IMG/VR virus record: IMGVR_UViG_3300037602_000087 | Span: 1 to 38,597 of that record | Length of the DNA: 38,597 nt | Source of the DNA: a virus | Taxonomy: Duplodnaviria; Caudoviricetes | Reading direction: 5' to 3' (one strand) | Shown: positions 25,580 through 35,056 of the stretch, one piece after another | Numbering within the stretch: position 1 is the stretch's first letter | How the letters are laid out: every line of letters starts with the position of its first letter | Translations under genes and position numbers: made by a program | Notes under the pieces: model-generated | Databases searched by the model: none | What the model was told of the DNA's origin: nothing | What the model saw: the letters and a program-made list of their open reading frames with translations, nothing else

Positions 25580-26244
25580 TGGCGATCACCTTTCCGCTGT
25601 CGCGTGAGGCGTTTTTGGATCTGTTGCCCGCGCGAGAGGTCAAGTTTTGGCTCGGGCGCCAAGATCAACACACCGGCCTGGGCGGAGGCCAAATCTTGTC
25701 TGCCGAGGTGGCCCCACCACTGTGGCGTGGAGCGGTGACGCTAGCCCCCATGAACAAGCGAGCCGCTGATGAAGCGGCTGCGCTCCTAGAGGCGCTGGAG
25801 GTGCCCGGGCGCCGGTTTGAGGCGTTCAAGGTTCAGCAAATCGGGCCAGCCTCGGATCCTCTTGGGGTGTCATTGGCGGGATTTGCGCCGTTGATCCATT
25901 TAATCGACGCAGCCAACCCCCAGCGCTTGCGCCTTGGTGGGTTGCCAGAAGGCTACGAGTTGCGCCGTGGAGACATGCTGTCGTTTGCCTATGACCCGGG
26001 CAATGGTTTGCGCCAGGCGCTGCACCGCGTTGTCGAGGGGGGCGTGGCCACGGGCAACGGGCGCACCCCTTACCTAACCGTCAATCCGCCTATGCGACCC
26101 GGGGCCGATGCCGAAACCCCTGTGGACCTCATCAAACCATTTTGTTTGGCGGGCGTTGTCCCGGGATCGGTCAGTTACGGCACAACCACCGGCAACGTGA
26201 CCAGTGGGATCGGTTTCGATTTCCAGCAAAGCCTGCGGAGGTAA
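25576..26244 (+). CDS. Distal tail-like protein
   Basis: Coupled to the TMP; synteny. Confidence 0.65.
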   Translation: MMAITFPLSREAFLDLLPAREVKFWLGRQDQHTGLGGGQILSAEVAPPLWRGAVTLAPMNKRAADEAAALLEALEVPGRRFEAFKVQQIGPASDPLGVSLAGFAPLIHLIDAANPQRLRLGGLPEGYELRRGDMLSFAYDPGNGLRQALHRVVEGGVATGNGRTPYLTVNPPMRPGADAETPVDLIKPFCLAGVVPGSVSYGTTTGNVTSGIGFDFQQSLRR

Positions 26245-26248
26245 ACCC

Positions 26249-26851
26249 ATGCGAAATTATGATGCGGCCACCCTCGCCTATCTCAACGATAGCGCGGGGC
26301 TGGTTTCCGTACGTCTTGTCTGGATAAAGGCGAAAAACCAATCTGGCGAGATCGAGACGCTGGGCGTCTGCAGCGCCGAGGATGATCTGGCTGTGCAAAT
26401 TGGCGGCGAGGCGCGCACCTATCTGGGGGCTGGCCCTCTGCTGCAGTCCGAGCCGCTGACCGCAGATAGCGGGCTGCAGGTTCGGATTTACCGCCTGCAG
26501 CTGTCTGCCATCGCTCCCGAGGTCGAGGATCTGGTGAAGGGCTATCAGACCCGCTTTGCACCTGTTGAAATCCACCGGCTGTTTCTGGATCCCGAAACCC
26601 GACTCCCTGTTGGCGAACCGCACCGCGTCTTTCGCGGCATGATCGACGGCATAGACTTTCCGCGCGCGGAGCCAGGTGGAACGCCTGCTGTTGCATTGCA
26701 GCTGGTGAGCGAGACACGGGTATTAACCCGCACTCTGCCTCTGAAGAAATCGAATGACAGCCACCAACGCCGAGGGGGCACAGATCTCTTTCGCCAATAT
26801 GGCGATATTTCAGGATCTGTGCCCGTGTTTTGGGGGGAGTTGCGCGCATGA
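26249..26851 (+). CDS. Tail tip/hub protein
   Basis: GGAGG RBS; TYLGAG..FRGMID..D..RQY; synteny. Confidence 0.65.
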   Translation: MRNYDAATLAYLNDSAGLVSVRLVWIKAKNQSGEIETLGVCSAEDDLAVQIGGEARTYLGAGPLLQSEPLTADSGLQVRIYRLQLSAIAPEVEDLVKGYQTRFAPVEIHRLFLDPETRLPVGEPHRVFRGMIDGIDFPRAEPGGTPAVALQLVSETRVLTRTLPLKKSNDSHQRRGGTDLFRQYGDISGSVPVFWGELRA

Positions 26852-27276
26852 GCCAGCCCACAACTTTGAGGCGGCGCCCCGATTGGCACTCCCGCTTGGC
26901 GGCATACCTTGCGCGGGTCGCGCGCCTGCCCTTTCGTCCGGGGTCGCATGACTGTGTGCTGTTCGCGGCTGGTGCTGTGGAGGCGATGACGGGCGCTGAT
27001 CTGGCGGCTGAGTATCGCGGCAGCTATCGCACGCTGAAAGACGGTCAGGAGGTTCTAAAAGCGCGCGGGTACGCCGATCACATCGCGCTTGTGGAAGACC
27101 TCTTTGAATCTGTTGCACCTGCCTTGGCACAGGTGGGCGATTTAGCCGTGGTGCCAGGCGGTCAGGGCGAAAGAGGCGCACTCGGGATATTTCAGGGGCC
27201 TGGGGTCTATGTTCTGGATCCCTCTGGGTTGGCTGTTGTGGACCGCTTGACAGCATACGGAGCGTTCTCCGTATGA
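26848..27276 (+). CDS. NlpC/P60-like tail-associated protein (DUF6950-like)
   Basis: DWHSRL..PFRPGSHDCVLFAAGAVEAMTG..AQVGDLA. Confidence 0.8.
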   Translation: MSQPTTLRRRPDWHSRLAAYLARVARLPFRPGSHDCVLFAAGAVEAMTGADLAAEYRGSYRTLKDGQEVLKARGYADHIALVEDLFESVAPALAQVGDLAVVPGGQGERGALGIFQGPGVYVLDPSGLAVVDRLTAYGAFSV

Positions 27277-30200
27277 CGCATGTTCCGTTCTTTTTGGGGC
27301 TGGCGCTTCTCTTTGTGTTGGCACCCGATCCTGCTTCTGCGGGGCCGATTGCTGCAGTGGTTGCCGCTGTCAAAGCATTTGCTGCGACCTCTGCCTTTGC
27401 GGCGTTTGTCGTCCGCATCGGCGTATCACTTGCGCTAAGCGCACTATCTTCCGCGCTTCAAAGCAAGCCGAAGGGGCGGCGCGCGCCCGGTATTCGCACT
27501 GATACCACCTCCACAGGTGGTTCAAATCCGCAGACCTTTATTCTCGGGCGAACAGCAACTGCAGGCAATATGGCAGCCCCGCCCTACTCGCACCCGAATG
27601 AGGGGGACGTTCCCAACGAATATCTCACCTATGTTGTTGATGTTTCGGACCTGCCCGGATGCAGCCTCTCGCGCCTTATGGTGAGCGGCGAATTTGTCGA
27701 ATTGGAAGCCGCCCCCGCCGATGATCCCAATTGGCAGTTTCGGGGCATGCTGGAGGAAGGCAAGCACCACCTGTTCATGACATGGTATGATGGGACGCAG
27801 AGCGCGGCCGATCCGTACTTGCTTGCAACTTATGCTAATCATCCAGAACGGCCATGGTCTGCAGATATGGTCGGGAATGGTCTTGGCTACGCTGTCCTTG
27901 CGTTCCGCTATAACCGCAAGCTGTTCAACCAACTGCCCGCCGTTCGCTTTGAAGTAGAGGGGATCCCCCTTTACGATCCTCGCCGCGATACATCCGTGGG
28001 CGGATCAGGCACGCAGCGGTGGGATTTACCCGCATCGTGGGCCTTCACCGAAAACCCAATCGTTATGATCTACAACATTCTGCGGGGGATCACCCTGCCA
28101 GACGGTTCGGTTTGGGGTGGGCGGGTGCAGCCCGAGGATTTGCCCCTGTCCAATTGGTTCGCGGCAATGAACGAATGCGATGTGCTGGTGGCGGATGATG
28201 CCGGGGGCACATTGGCGGCAAAATATCGCGCTGGCCTTGAGGTGAAAGCGGATGATCAGCCCGCAGATATTATTGACAGCCTCAGAAACGCGGCGAGTGC
28301 CGAACTGGTGGAATTTGGCGGAACCTACAAGGTGCGGGTCGGCCCGCCTGCCCTTCCCGTGTTTTTCTTTACCGATGATGACGTGGTGGTTGATCGCAGC
28401 CAAACCATGACACCTTACCCGGGCCTAGATGGTGTACACAATGCGATCCATGCCAGCTACCCGGATCCAGATGCGCTATGGGAAGTGCGGGACGCGCCAC
28501 CGCGATATAATCCAACATGGGAGGTCGAAGACGGTGGGCGCCAGTTGGTTGCGCAGGTGGATTTGCCTGCGGTGAGTTCGACCTATCAGGTCCAGCGATT
28601 GATGAAGTCGTGGATCTCTGATGAGCGCCGGTTTCGCCGCCATGGTTTAACACTGCCACCCGCTGCCATGGTTCTGGAACCGCTCGATGCCTGCGCTTGG
28701 ACAAGTGAGCGTGAGGGCTACACATCCAAGGTGTTTGAGGTTGGATCCCTTACCGATGATCTGGTGTCCTGTTTGCAGACCGTAGCGCTACGCGAGCGCG
28801 ATGCAGAAGATTTCATCTGGGATCCATCAGATGCGGTACAGCCCCTGAACCCCAGTCCTGTGGTGGTGGTTCCCAGCCCGCGCACAGTGCCGGGGTTTGA
28901 TCTGCGCGATCATGTGGTGGTGGATTCCCAGAACCAGGCGCGACGGGTCGCACTCCGTCTTGTCTGGGACGCTGCCCGCCTCTCTGCCGATGATGTGCTG
29001 GAATGGCGCCTGCAGCTGGCGAATGGCACCCCCGTCGCATCTGGATCTGAAACCTACCTTGCAACGGGCGAGTTAATCGTGACGGGGGGGATACTCCCCA
29101 ATACGGACTACCGCGCCCGCGCACGCATCAGGGCATTGCAGGGCGGAAGCTGGACCGGTTGGTTTGAGGCCACCACGGGTAGCACGCGGTTTAGCGCGGA
29201 TGATCTCTCTGATGCTGTCTGGGACACCATCGCGCAGGATGCACAGGCGACCGCTTCCGCCCTCGACGCGGATCTGGTCTCCGAGGTGATCCAGCCCCTG
29301 AGCCTCGATCTGGAACTGCGCACGGTTGAACAGCGCACCATGGCAGAGGCGGTCGCCATGATCGGGGACCAGGTGCTCTGGGCCATCACGCGCCTCTCTG
29401 ATGTGGACGGTCGGTTTGCAGACGCGGGCATCGTGCAAGACCCGGAGACCGGCAAGGTTCGGATCTATGCGCTGGAACAAGAGGCCGAGCGCATCAGCGA
29501 GGCCGAGATCCGCCTGAGTGCTGCCGAGGCGAGCATCGCCCTCTCTGCGACAGAGGCATGGGTTCGCGGGCAAATCACCGATGCCATGCTGGATCCAACC
29601 CAGATCCCGCTTGTCGAAGATCTGCAGATGCAGGTCAACGAGGTGGAACTGGAACTTGATGCGATCAACGCCGATCTCGCCCTTTCGGCGTCACAAACCG
29701 AGGTCGACGGTCTGGGCGCGCGGCTCTCGACGGCCGAGGCCAATCTGGACGCCGCCGAAACCGCCATCGCACTCAAGGCCGAGCAGAGCCAGCTGGAAAG
29801 CCTGCAAGGGCGCGTGCAGACCGCAGAGGTGCAGATCTCGGCGCTGGATGGGCCGCAGCTGACCCAGACGGTTGCGGATACGCGCTATCTGCTGGACGCC
29901 GACGAGGCCGCCGCAGAGCAGACGCTCGCGAGCCTTTTGCAGGCCCATGCAGAGGGCGAGCGCGTCCGCCAGTCCATTGCCTATGCCACCGAGGATCTGC
30001 GCGCACGGATCACCGAGGATCGTGAGGCCGTGGCGGCGCTTTCGGTTCAGATCGGCGCATCCATCAGCAACGCCATGTCCCTCATCGAGGCCGAAAGCAT
30101 CGCGCGGGCCTCAGAGGATGAGGCCATCGCAGAAGATCTGCTGGCGCTCGATGCGCGGCTTTCCGATGCCGAGGGCAACGTCACCGCCCAAGCCAATGCG

Positions 30201-31139
30201 CAGAGCCAGCTCACCACCCGTGTGAGCGACGCAGAGGGGCAGATTTCCGCGCAGGCTCAATCGGTGGAAACGCTCTCGACCACCGTGGGCGAAAACACCA
30301 CGACCGTGCAAACCGTATCGGAAAGTGTCGACGGCATGTCGGGGCGACACATGCTGCGCGTCAATTCGAACGGCGTGGCCACCGGCATGGTGATTGCGGC
30401 CGAGGCTGGCGACAACGGCGCGGTCAACAGCACAATCGCCTTTGCGGCGGATAGCTTCACGATCTCGCAGCCAAACGGCGGCGCGGCATCGACCGTATTT
30501 GCTGCCTATACCTCCAGCCGAACAATCGACGGGATCCAATTTCCGGCTGGCGTCTATTTGGAAAACGCCCGCATCGGACGGGCCGCAATCGGGCGTGGTC
30601 AGATCACCGACACGCTGCAAAGTGACGACTATGCCGAGAGCAACGGGCGACCAACGCAGGGCGTAAAAATCAACTTCAAGACCGGCAAGGTAAAAACCGC
30701 CGGTCTGGTGATCAGCCGCCCCCTGCGGATCGCTCAAGGCACGTTCACCGCCACCGGCACCTATTCCCACGGCGCGCGATGGGCCTTTGTGAATACGGGC
30801 ATTCGGGTGGGCAAAAATGATGTCTGGGAGGCGTCCCAGGTGGCGCTGGTTGCCTCTGCGGCTATCACCAGTGGTGCAACCGCACAGTCCGGTTTTGATC
30901 CCAATAATTCCTTCTGGACCCTGAGAACGGAGATCCAGCCAGGAGCGCGGTGGAACGGGTTTGGCGGCGGCAATCCGGCCCCGGCAAACCCTTGGAGCCG
31001 CGATCCCAACGCGCTTGTCACGCCCTGGTGGTCATCGGCCACCGACCAGAGGCTTTATCTCGCAATCTCGCTGGAAACCCTCGGCGGCGTTTATTTCAAC
31101 AATCCCAAAATCGAGTGGACCGTTTTCGAGGTCACATAA
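27273..31139 (+). CDS. Central tail / host-specificity protein (lambda J-like)
   Basis: 1288 aa; YDPRRD..W..TENP, FN3-like segment, long coiled coil, FAADSF (DUF1983-like) near the C-terminus. Confidence 0.88.
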   Translation: MTHVPFFLGLALLFVLAPDPASAGPIAAVVAAVKAFAATSAFAAFVVRIGVSLALSALSSALQSKPKGRRAPGIRTDTTSTGGSNPQTFILGRTATAGNMAAPPYSHPNEGDVPNEYLTYVVDVSDLPGCSLSRLMVSGEFVELEAAPADDPNWQFRGMLEEGKHHLFMTWYDGTQSAADPYLLATYANHPERPWSADMVGNGLGYAVLAFRYNRKLFNQLPAVRFEVEGIPLYDPRRDTSVGGSGTQRWDLPASWAFTENPIVMIYNILRGITLPDGSVWGGRVQPEDLPLSNWFAAMNECDVLVADDAGGTLAAKYRAGLEVKADDQPADIIDSLRNAASAELVEFGGTYKVRVGPPALPVFFFTDDDVVVDRSQTMTPYPGLDGVHNAIHASYPDPDALWEVRDAPPRYNPTWEVEDGGRQLVAQVDLPAVSSTYQVQRLMKSWISDERRFRRHGLTLPPAAMVLEPLDACAWTSEREGYTSKVFEVGSLTDDLVSCLQTVALRERDAEDFIWDPSDAVQPLNPSPVVVVPSPRTVPGFDLRDHVVVDSQNQARRVALRLVWDAARLSADDVLEWRLQLANGTPVASGSETYLATGELIVTGGILPNTDYRARARIRALQGGSWTGWFEATTGSTRFSADDLSDAVWDTIAQDAQATASALDADLVSEVIQPLSLDLELRTVEQRTMAEAVAMIGDQVLWAITRLSDVDGRFADAGIVQDPETGKVRIYALEQEAERISEAEIRLSAAEASIALSATEAWVRGQITDAMLDPTQIPLVEDLQMQVNEVELELDAINADLALSASQTEVDGLGARLSTAEANLDAAETAIALKAEQSQLESLQGRVQTAEVQISALDGPQLTQTVADTRYLLDADEAAAEQTLASLLQAHAEGERVRQSIAYATEDLRARITEDREAVAALSVQIGASISNAMSLIEAESIARASEDEAIAEDLLALDARLSDAEGNVTAQANAQSQLTTRVSDAEGQISAQAQSVETLSTTVGENTTTVQTVSESVDGMSGRHMLRVNSNGVATGMVIAAEAGDNGAVNSTIAFAADSFTISQPNGGAASTVFAAYTSSRTIDGIQFPAGVYLENARIGRAAIGRGQITDTLQSDDYAESNGRPTQGVKINFKTGKVKTAGLVISRPLRIAQGTFTATGTYSHGARWAFVNTGIRVGKNDVWEASQVALVASAAITSGATAQSGFDPNNSFWTLRTEIQPGARWNGFGGGNPAPANPWSRDPNALVTPWWSSATDQRLYLAISLETLGGVYFNNPKIEWTVFEVT

Positions 31140-31151
31140 GGAGAAACAACT

Positions 31152-32285
31152 ATGGCTTGGGTTTCATCAGGCACGGTCAGCGTCACCAACGGCAGCACCA
31201 CCGTCACCGGCACGGGCACCAGCTGGTTCGGCGCGATGCAAAACGGCTGGGGCTTTGTCGGCCCGGACGGGCGGGTCTATGAGATCCTGACCGTCGACAG
31301 TGCCGACACCATCACGCTCAAAACGCCCTATCAGGGCTCCACCGCAGCGGCGCAGGTTTACGCGGTGTTTCCCACCGGATCCCACAATCTCGACCTGACC
31401 GCAGCCCTGCAGCAACTCCTGAGCGACTATCAGGGCGTTTATGACACCGTGGGCCAGGGGCGGTTTCCCGGCGAGGTGGTCTTTGACGCGGACCGTGACA
31501 CCGGCATGGGCAACCCCTCCGCCAATGAGCTCGGCCTCAAGGCAGGCGATGTGTGGCAGCTGCTCTTGAAGGGCGGTCAGGCCTCGGGCGCGGCGGTGCA
31601 GTCGAGCCTGTCGGACACGACAGCAGGAAAACTGATGCTGAACGGGGCGCACGGGCTGGGCGCAGTCGCGGGCGTGCCCGCACCGGGCTATGACGCTGAT
31701 CAGTGTTTAACGCCGGGCTTCAATTATCGCTTTACGACAGCAGGTGTGAACACGCCTGTAAGCAACCCATTCGGCGGCACACTTCAGGTGTTCTCGGGGT
31801 CTGCAGAAGGCACCGATCTGGTGCAAGTCTACGTCCAACGTACTGCAAGCGGTATGTGGATGCGCGGAACCACTGACGGCGTGAATTGGACGGCCTGGAG
31901 TCGCGTTTATCACACCACAAACATCCTCGGCACCGTCTCACAGTCTGGAGGTGTCCCGACAGGAGCGCTCTTCGAGTGGGGGGGCAATGCGAATGGCGAG
32001 TATATACGTCTCGCGAACGGGACACAGATCTGCATCTCCAATGTGTTCACTGCCGATGCCACCACGCCGGTGGGCGCTTTGTATAAATGGGCTTCCAATC
32101 AGACTTGGGCCTTCCCGGCAGCCTTTGCGGCAGTGCCGAGCGTCACACCCGGCGCGACCAACAACACATCTCTCACCGCCACATGCGCGACGACGACGAC
32201 CACCGATGTCGCGGTCAATGTCCTCAATGCGCTCTCGGTCGCAGGGCGGTCCGCGTCATTCATCGCCATTGGCCGCTGGTTCTAA
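31152..32285 (+). CDS. Tail fibre protein (pyocin-knob-like central region)
   Basis: GTVSVTNGSTTVTGTGTSW N-terminus; WTAWSRVYH; GNANGEYIRLANGTQIC..WAFPAAF..AIGRWF C-terminus. Confidence 0.88.
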   Translation: MAWVSSGTVSVTNGSTTVTGTGTSWFGAMQNGWGFVGPDGRVYEILTVDSADTITLKTPYQGSTAAAQVYAVFPTGSHNLDLTAALQQLLSDYQGVYDTVGQGRFPGEVVFDADRDTGMGNPSANELGLKAGDVWQLLLKGGQASGAAVQSSLSDTTAGKLMLNGAHGLGAVAGVPAPGYDADQCLTPGFNYRFTTAGVNTPVSNPFGGTLQVFSGSAEGTDLVQVYVQRTASGMWMRGTTDGVNWTAWSRVYHTTNILGTVSQSGGVPTGALFEWGGNANGEYIRLANGTQICISNVFTADATTPVGALYKWASNQTWAFPAAFAAVPSVTPGATNNTSLTATCATTTTTDVAVNVLNALSVAGRSASFIAIGRWF

Positions 32286-32296
32286 GGAGGCTCCCT

Positions 32297-32614
32297 ATGA
32301 ACATCACCTTCACCCCCGCCCGCATGGACACGCTGCTTGAGGCAACCGTGGAGGGCGACAGCCTCACGCTCAATGACGAGCGCTTCGACTTCTCACCTTT
32401 GCAGGAGGGCGATGTGCTGCCCCGTGCGGCTGTGGCCTGCGCTTGGCTCGCCTCGGATGTGACCCGCGAAGGGGGCCGCATCACCCTCACATTGGTCTTG
32501 CCGCATGGCGCAAACGCGCCCGAGGAAACCCGCTTTCCGGCCCCAATCCTCGCGGCGCCTGATGGCCCCCTGCCGATCCCGACGCACTCAGCCGAAGAGG
32601 ACCCCGCCCAATGA
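32297..32614 (+). CDS. Tail fibre-associated hypothetical protein
   Basis: AAGGAGG RBS; MNITFTPARMD..FDFSPL..LVLPHG..RFP. Confidence 0.75.
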   Translation: MNITFTPARMDTLLEATVEGDSLTLNDERFDFSPLQEGDVLPRAAVACAWLASDVTREGGRITLTLVLPHGANAPEETRFPAPILAAPDGPLPIPTHSAEEDPAQ

Positions 32615-33030
32615 GCAATATCGACTTTTCCAAAGTGGTCACAGCCAGTGCGCAGGTCGAGGCCATCCGCGCCGCCCGCCTTCAGGAGCTGGCAGAGCTG
32701 CGCTGGCAGCGCTCCTGCGAGGGTGTGACCTTGCCCAGCGGCGCGACCTTTACCGGCGATGAGACCACGCGGCTTTCGCTTTCCGGCGCGATCAGCGCTT
32801 TGCAGCAAGGCATGCTCACCGCGCCGATTGTCTGGAAAACGCCCACGGGCTTTGTGTCTCTCTCGCAGGAAGATCTGGAAGCTGCCGCTGCTGCGGTGGT
32901 GCAGTTCATCCAGACTTGCTTTGCCGCCGAGGGTGCGGTCGCAGTGCAGATCGAGGCAGCGGCCGATCCGGCAGGGTTCGATGTCACCGCAGCCTTTGAC
33001 GCCGAGCTTGGCCAGTTGGGAGGTGATTGA
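32611..33030 (+). CDS. Tail fibre assembly protein (DUF4376-like)
   Basis: MSNIDFSKVVT..LRWQR..WKT..FV..CFAAE. Confidence 0.75.
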   Translation: MSNIDFSKVVTASAQVEAIRAARLQELAELRWQRSCEGVTLPSGATFTGDETTRLSLSGAISALQQGMLTAPIVWKTPTGFVSLSQEDLEAAAAAVVQFIQTCFAAEGAVAVQIEAAADPAGFDVTAAFDAELGQLGGD

Positions 33031-33476
33031 TGCGCGTAGCGACCGACCCACTAGAGGTACTGGCGCAGCTAGTCCAAGACTTCACCTACCGCGCAGATGT
33101 AAAAGGCGATTGCTGGCGCGTGCTGCCCGGATCAGGGCCTGTGTTCGGAGATTGCGAGGACTTCGCACTATCGCTTGGGTTTCGTCTCGCTGGCGGATCT
33201 TGGTGGCGGTTCTTGTGGCATCTGCTGATCCGAAGATCTGTCATCTGGTATTGCCGCACCTCCAAAGGCGGCGGCCATGCTGTACTGTGGCACCATGGCA
33301 CCGGGTGGGCCGACAATATCTTTCCCAACTGGTCAGCAGCCCCTCGCCACATGCGGCGCTGGCCCTTCCCTGTTTCGATTGTCGCTTTGAAGCTGCTTTA
33401 TGGCTGGATTTCTCACGCCCAATCGGAACGCAAAAACGTGCAACGCGCACAGAAAGGCGGTCGCGATGATCGGTAA
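33030..33476 (+). CDS. Transglutaminase-like cysteine peptidase fold protein
   Basis: GDCEDFAL..GHAVL..WADN Cys-His-Asp triad; GGAGG RBS. Confidence 0.7.
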   Translation: MRVATDPLEVLAQLVQDFTYRADVKGDCWRVLPGSGPVFGDCEDFALSLGFRLAGGSWWRFLWHLLIRRSVIWYCRTSKGGGHAVLWHHGTGWADNIFPNWSAAPRHMRRWPFPVSIVALKLLYGWISHAQSERKNVQRAQKGGRDDR

Positions 33477-33813
33477 AGGTGGGATCCTGTCGGGTCTCTG
33501 GGTCTGGTTTCACTCAGATGCAGGCCAAATGGCCCTCGCTGGGGCTGCCGGTGGGTTGGTTCGCTGGCTCACGCTGCGCGAGAGCCTTACGGACGGGGCG
33601 GTCTCGCTCATCGTGGGGTGCATCTGCGCTCTCTACCTCGGCCCATTGGTGGAGCCATTGCTGGCGCCCGTGATCGGTAAAATCAGCCCTGCCGATCCGA
33701 TTGGTTTTTCCTCTTTCGTGGTCGGCCTCGGCGGGATCGGCTTTGCCGGTTTCGGGATTGATCTGCTGCGGCGGTTTCGGGCCGCCAAGGGGGCGGGCGA
33801 TGCGCAAGGCTAA
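33466..33813 (+). CDS. Holin-like membrane protein
   Basis: About three hydrophobic segments, basic C-terminus, upstream of the endolysin. Confidence 0.7.
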   Translation: MIGKGGILSGLWVWFHSDAGQMALAGAAGGLVRWLTLRESLTDGAVSLIVGCICALYLGPLVEPLLAPVIGKISPADPIGFSSFVVGLGGIGFAGFGIDLLRRFRAAKGAGDAQG

Positions 33814-33925
33814 AGAGGCGGCAAAGGCGGCCGCGCGTCGCGAGGGCCGGTTTTGGATCGGGGCGGCAATCTGTGCCGCCCTATGGATCATCTATCTGAC
33901 ATTGGAGGGGTCAAATGTACTCTGA
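33800..33925 (+). CDS. Small single-TM protein, 41 aa (possible lysis accessory)
   Basis: MRKAKEAAKAAARREGRFWIGAAICAALWIIYLTLEGSNVL bridges holin and endolysin with overlaps. Confidence 0.5.
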   Translation: MRKAKEAAKAAARREGRFWIGAAICAALWIIYLTLEGSNVL

Positions 33926-34658
33926 CCGCGTGAAGCGCGTGCAGCGGTTGCTGCGCGTCGAGGCCGGATATACCGGCGCAATTGATGGGATTATGGGCGC
34001 CCGCACCCTATCTGCCGTTGCCCGCGTGCCAGAGGTCCGCACCCGGCCGGATCTGACCCGCGCGGATCGCCAGCTGGTCGCGGCCGGTCAGGCAATCTTG
34101 GCCAGCCTCGGACATGATCCCGGCCCTGTAGATGGCCGTTGGGGGCCACAAACAGATGCAGCTTATCTGGCGTGGTCTGGTGCAGCGCTGCCGTTGCGCC
34201 AGGCGGATATGGCCCGCCATTTTGGCCCTGCTGGATCTGCGCGCTGCACGGCGGGCCGGGTGCGTGTCCCGTGGCGGATGGTGCTGGCGTGGGATCCGGC
34301 CGAGGTGATCACCTCTTTCAGTTGTCACGAATTGGTTGCCCCCAGCGCGCAGCGCGCCTTTGACCGGATCGCGGCGATCTACAGCCCTGCACAGATCGAA
34401 GACCTCGGCCTGCATCTGTTTGGCGGATGTTACAATCACCGGCCAAAGCGGGGGGGATCCAGCCTGTCCACCCATGCCTATGGGATCGCGATTGATCTGG
34501 ACCCTGAGCGAAACCGCCTGAATTGGGGTAAGGATCGCGCCCGGTTGGCGCAGCGTGACGCGGTGCCCTTCTGGGACGTGTGGGCGGCCGAGGGCTGGAC
34601 GAGCCTTGGACGTACCCGCGATTTCGATTGGATGCACGTGCAGGCGGTGGGTCTGTGA
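33915..34658 (+). CDS. Endolysin: peptidoglycan-binding repeats plus M15-family metallopeptidase
   Basis: Two DG..G..T repeats (IDGIMGART, VDGRWGPQT); YNHR..SLSTHAYGIAIDL..DWMHVQ. Confidence 0.92.
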   Translation: MYSDRVKRVQRLLRVEAGYTGAIDGIMGARTLSAVARVPEVRTRPDLTRADRQLVAAGQAILASLGHDPGPVDGRWGPQTDAAYLAWSGAALPLRQADMARHFGPAGSARCTAGRVRVPWRMVLAWDPAEVITSFSCHELVAPSAQRAFDRIAAIYSPAQIEDLGLHLFGGCYNHRPKRGGSSLSTHAYGIAIDLDPERNRLNWGKDRARLAQRDAVPFWDVWAAEGWTSLGRTRDFDWMHVQAVGL

Positions 34659-35056
34659 CGCGCGGGGCGAAACTTTGGGCGGCGGCTGTGATCATGGCCG
34701 CCCTCGCCAGCTGTGGATCCCTGTCTAAGCAGCTGGTGCGCGGTGTTCTGCCCGGTGGAGGCCCAAACGTGGCCGCGAATGTCCAGGCGGGTCGCAGCAA
34801 CGCGCAAGTGGTGGGTGGCACCTCCACCCAAAATGATCTGCGGCTGGTGCGGCCGCAGTCGCGCAGCATCGAGCAAAGCACCGGCGAAACCGGCGTGCGG
34901 GCTGAGGCGGTCCAATCCATCACGGTACGCAATGAGGCGCCGCCTTGGGTTTGGCTGTTGGTGCTGTTCTTTACCGCTGCGGCCGTCTGGGCCGTGTCTG
35001 ACGAAATCCGCGACTGTCTGGCGCGCAATAGGAAAGGGCCGGCCAATGCTGACTGA
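34655..35056 (+). CDS. Unimolecular spanin (u-spanin)
   Basis: GTG start coupled to the endolysin; N-terminal lipobox LASC; C-terminal TM WVWLLVLFFTAAAVWAV. Confidence 0.75.
   Translation: MTRGAKLWAAAVIMAALASCGSLSKQLVRGVLPGGGPNVAANVQAGRSNAQVVGGTSTQNDLRLVRPQSRSIEQSTGETGVRAEAVQSITVRNEAPPWVWLLVLFFTAAAVWAVSDEIRDCLARNRKGPANAD

Noticed and set aside
14981-31139. Gene transfer agent cluster (GTA-like tail tube and chaperone genes)
   Set aside because: The element has att sites, integrase, repressor, replication genes, HNH/cos-type packaging and a long TMP, so it is a genuine prophage
31152-32285. Diversity-generating retroelement or invertible tail-fibre system
   Set aside because: No reverse transcriptase, no template/variable repeat pair and no invertase seen
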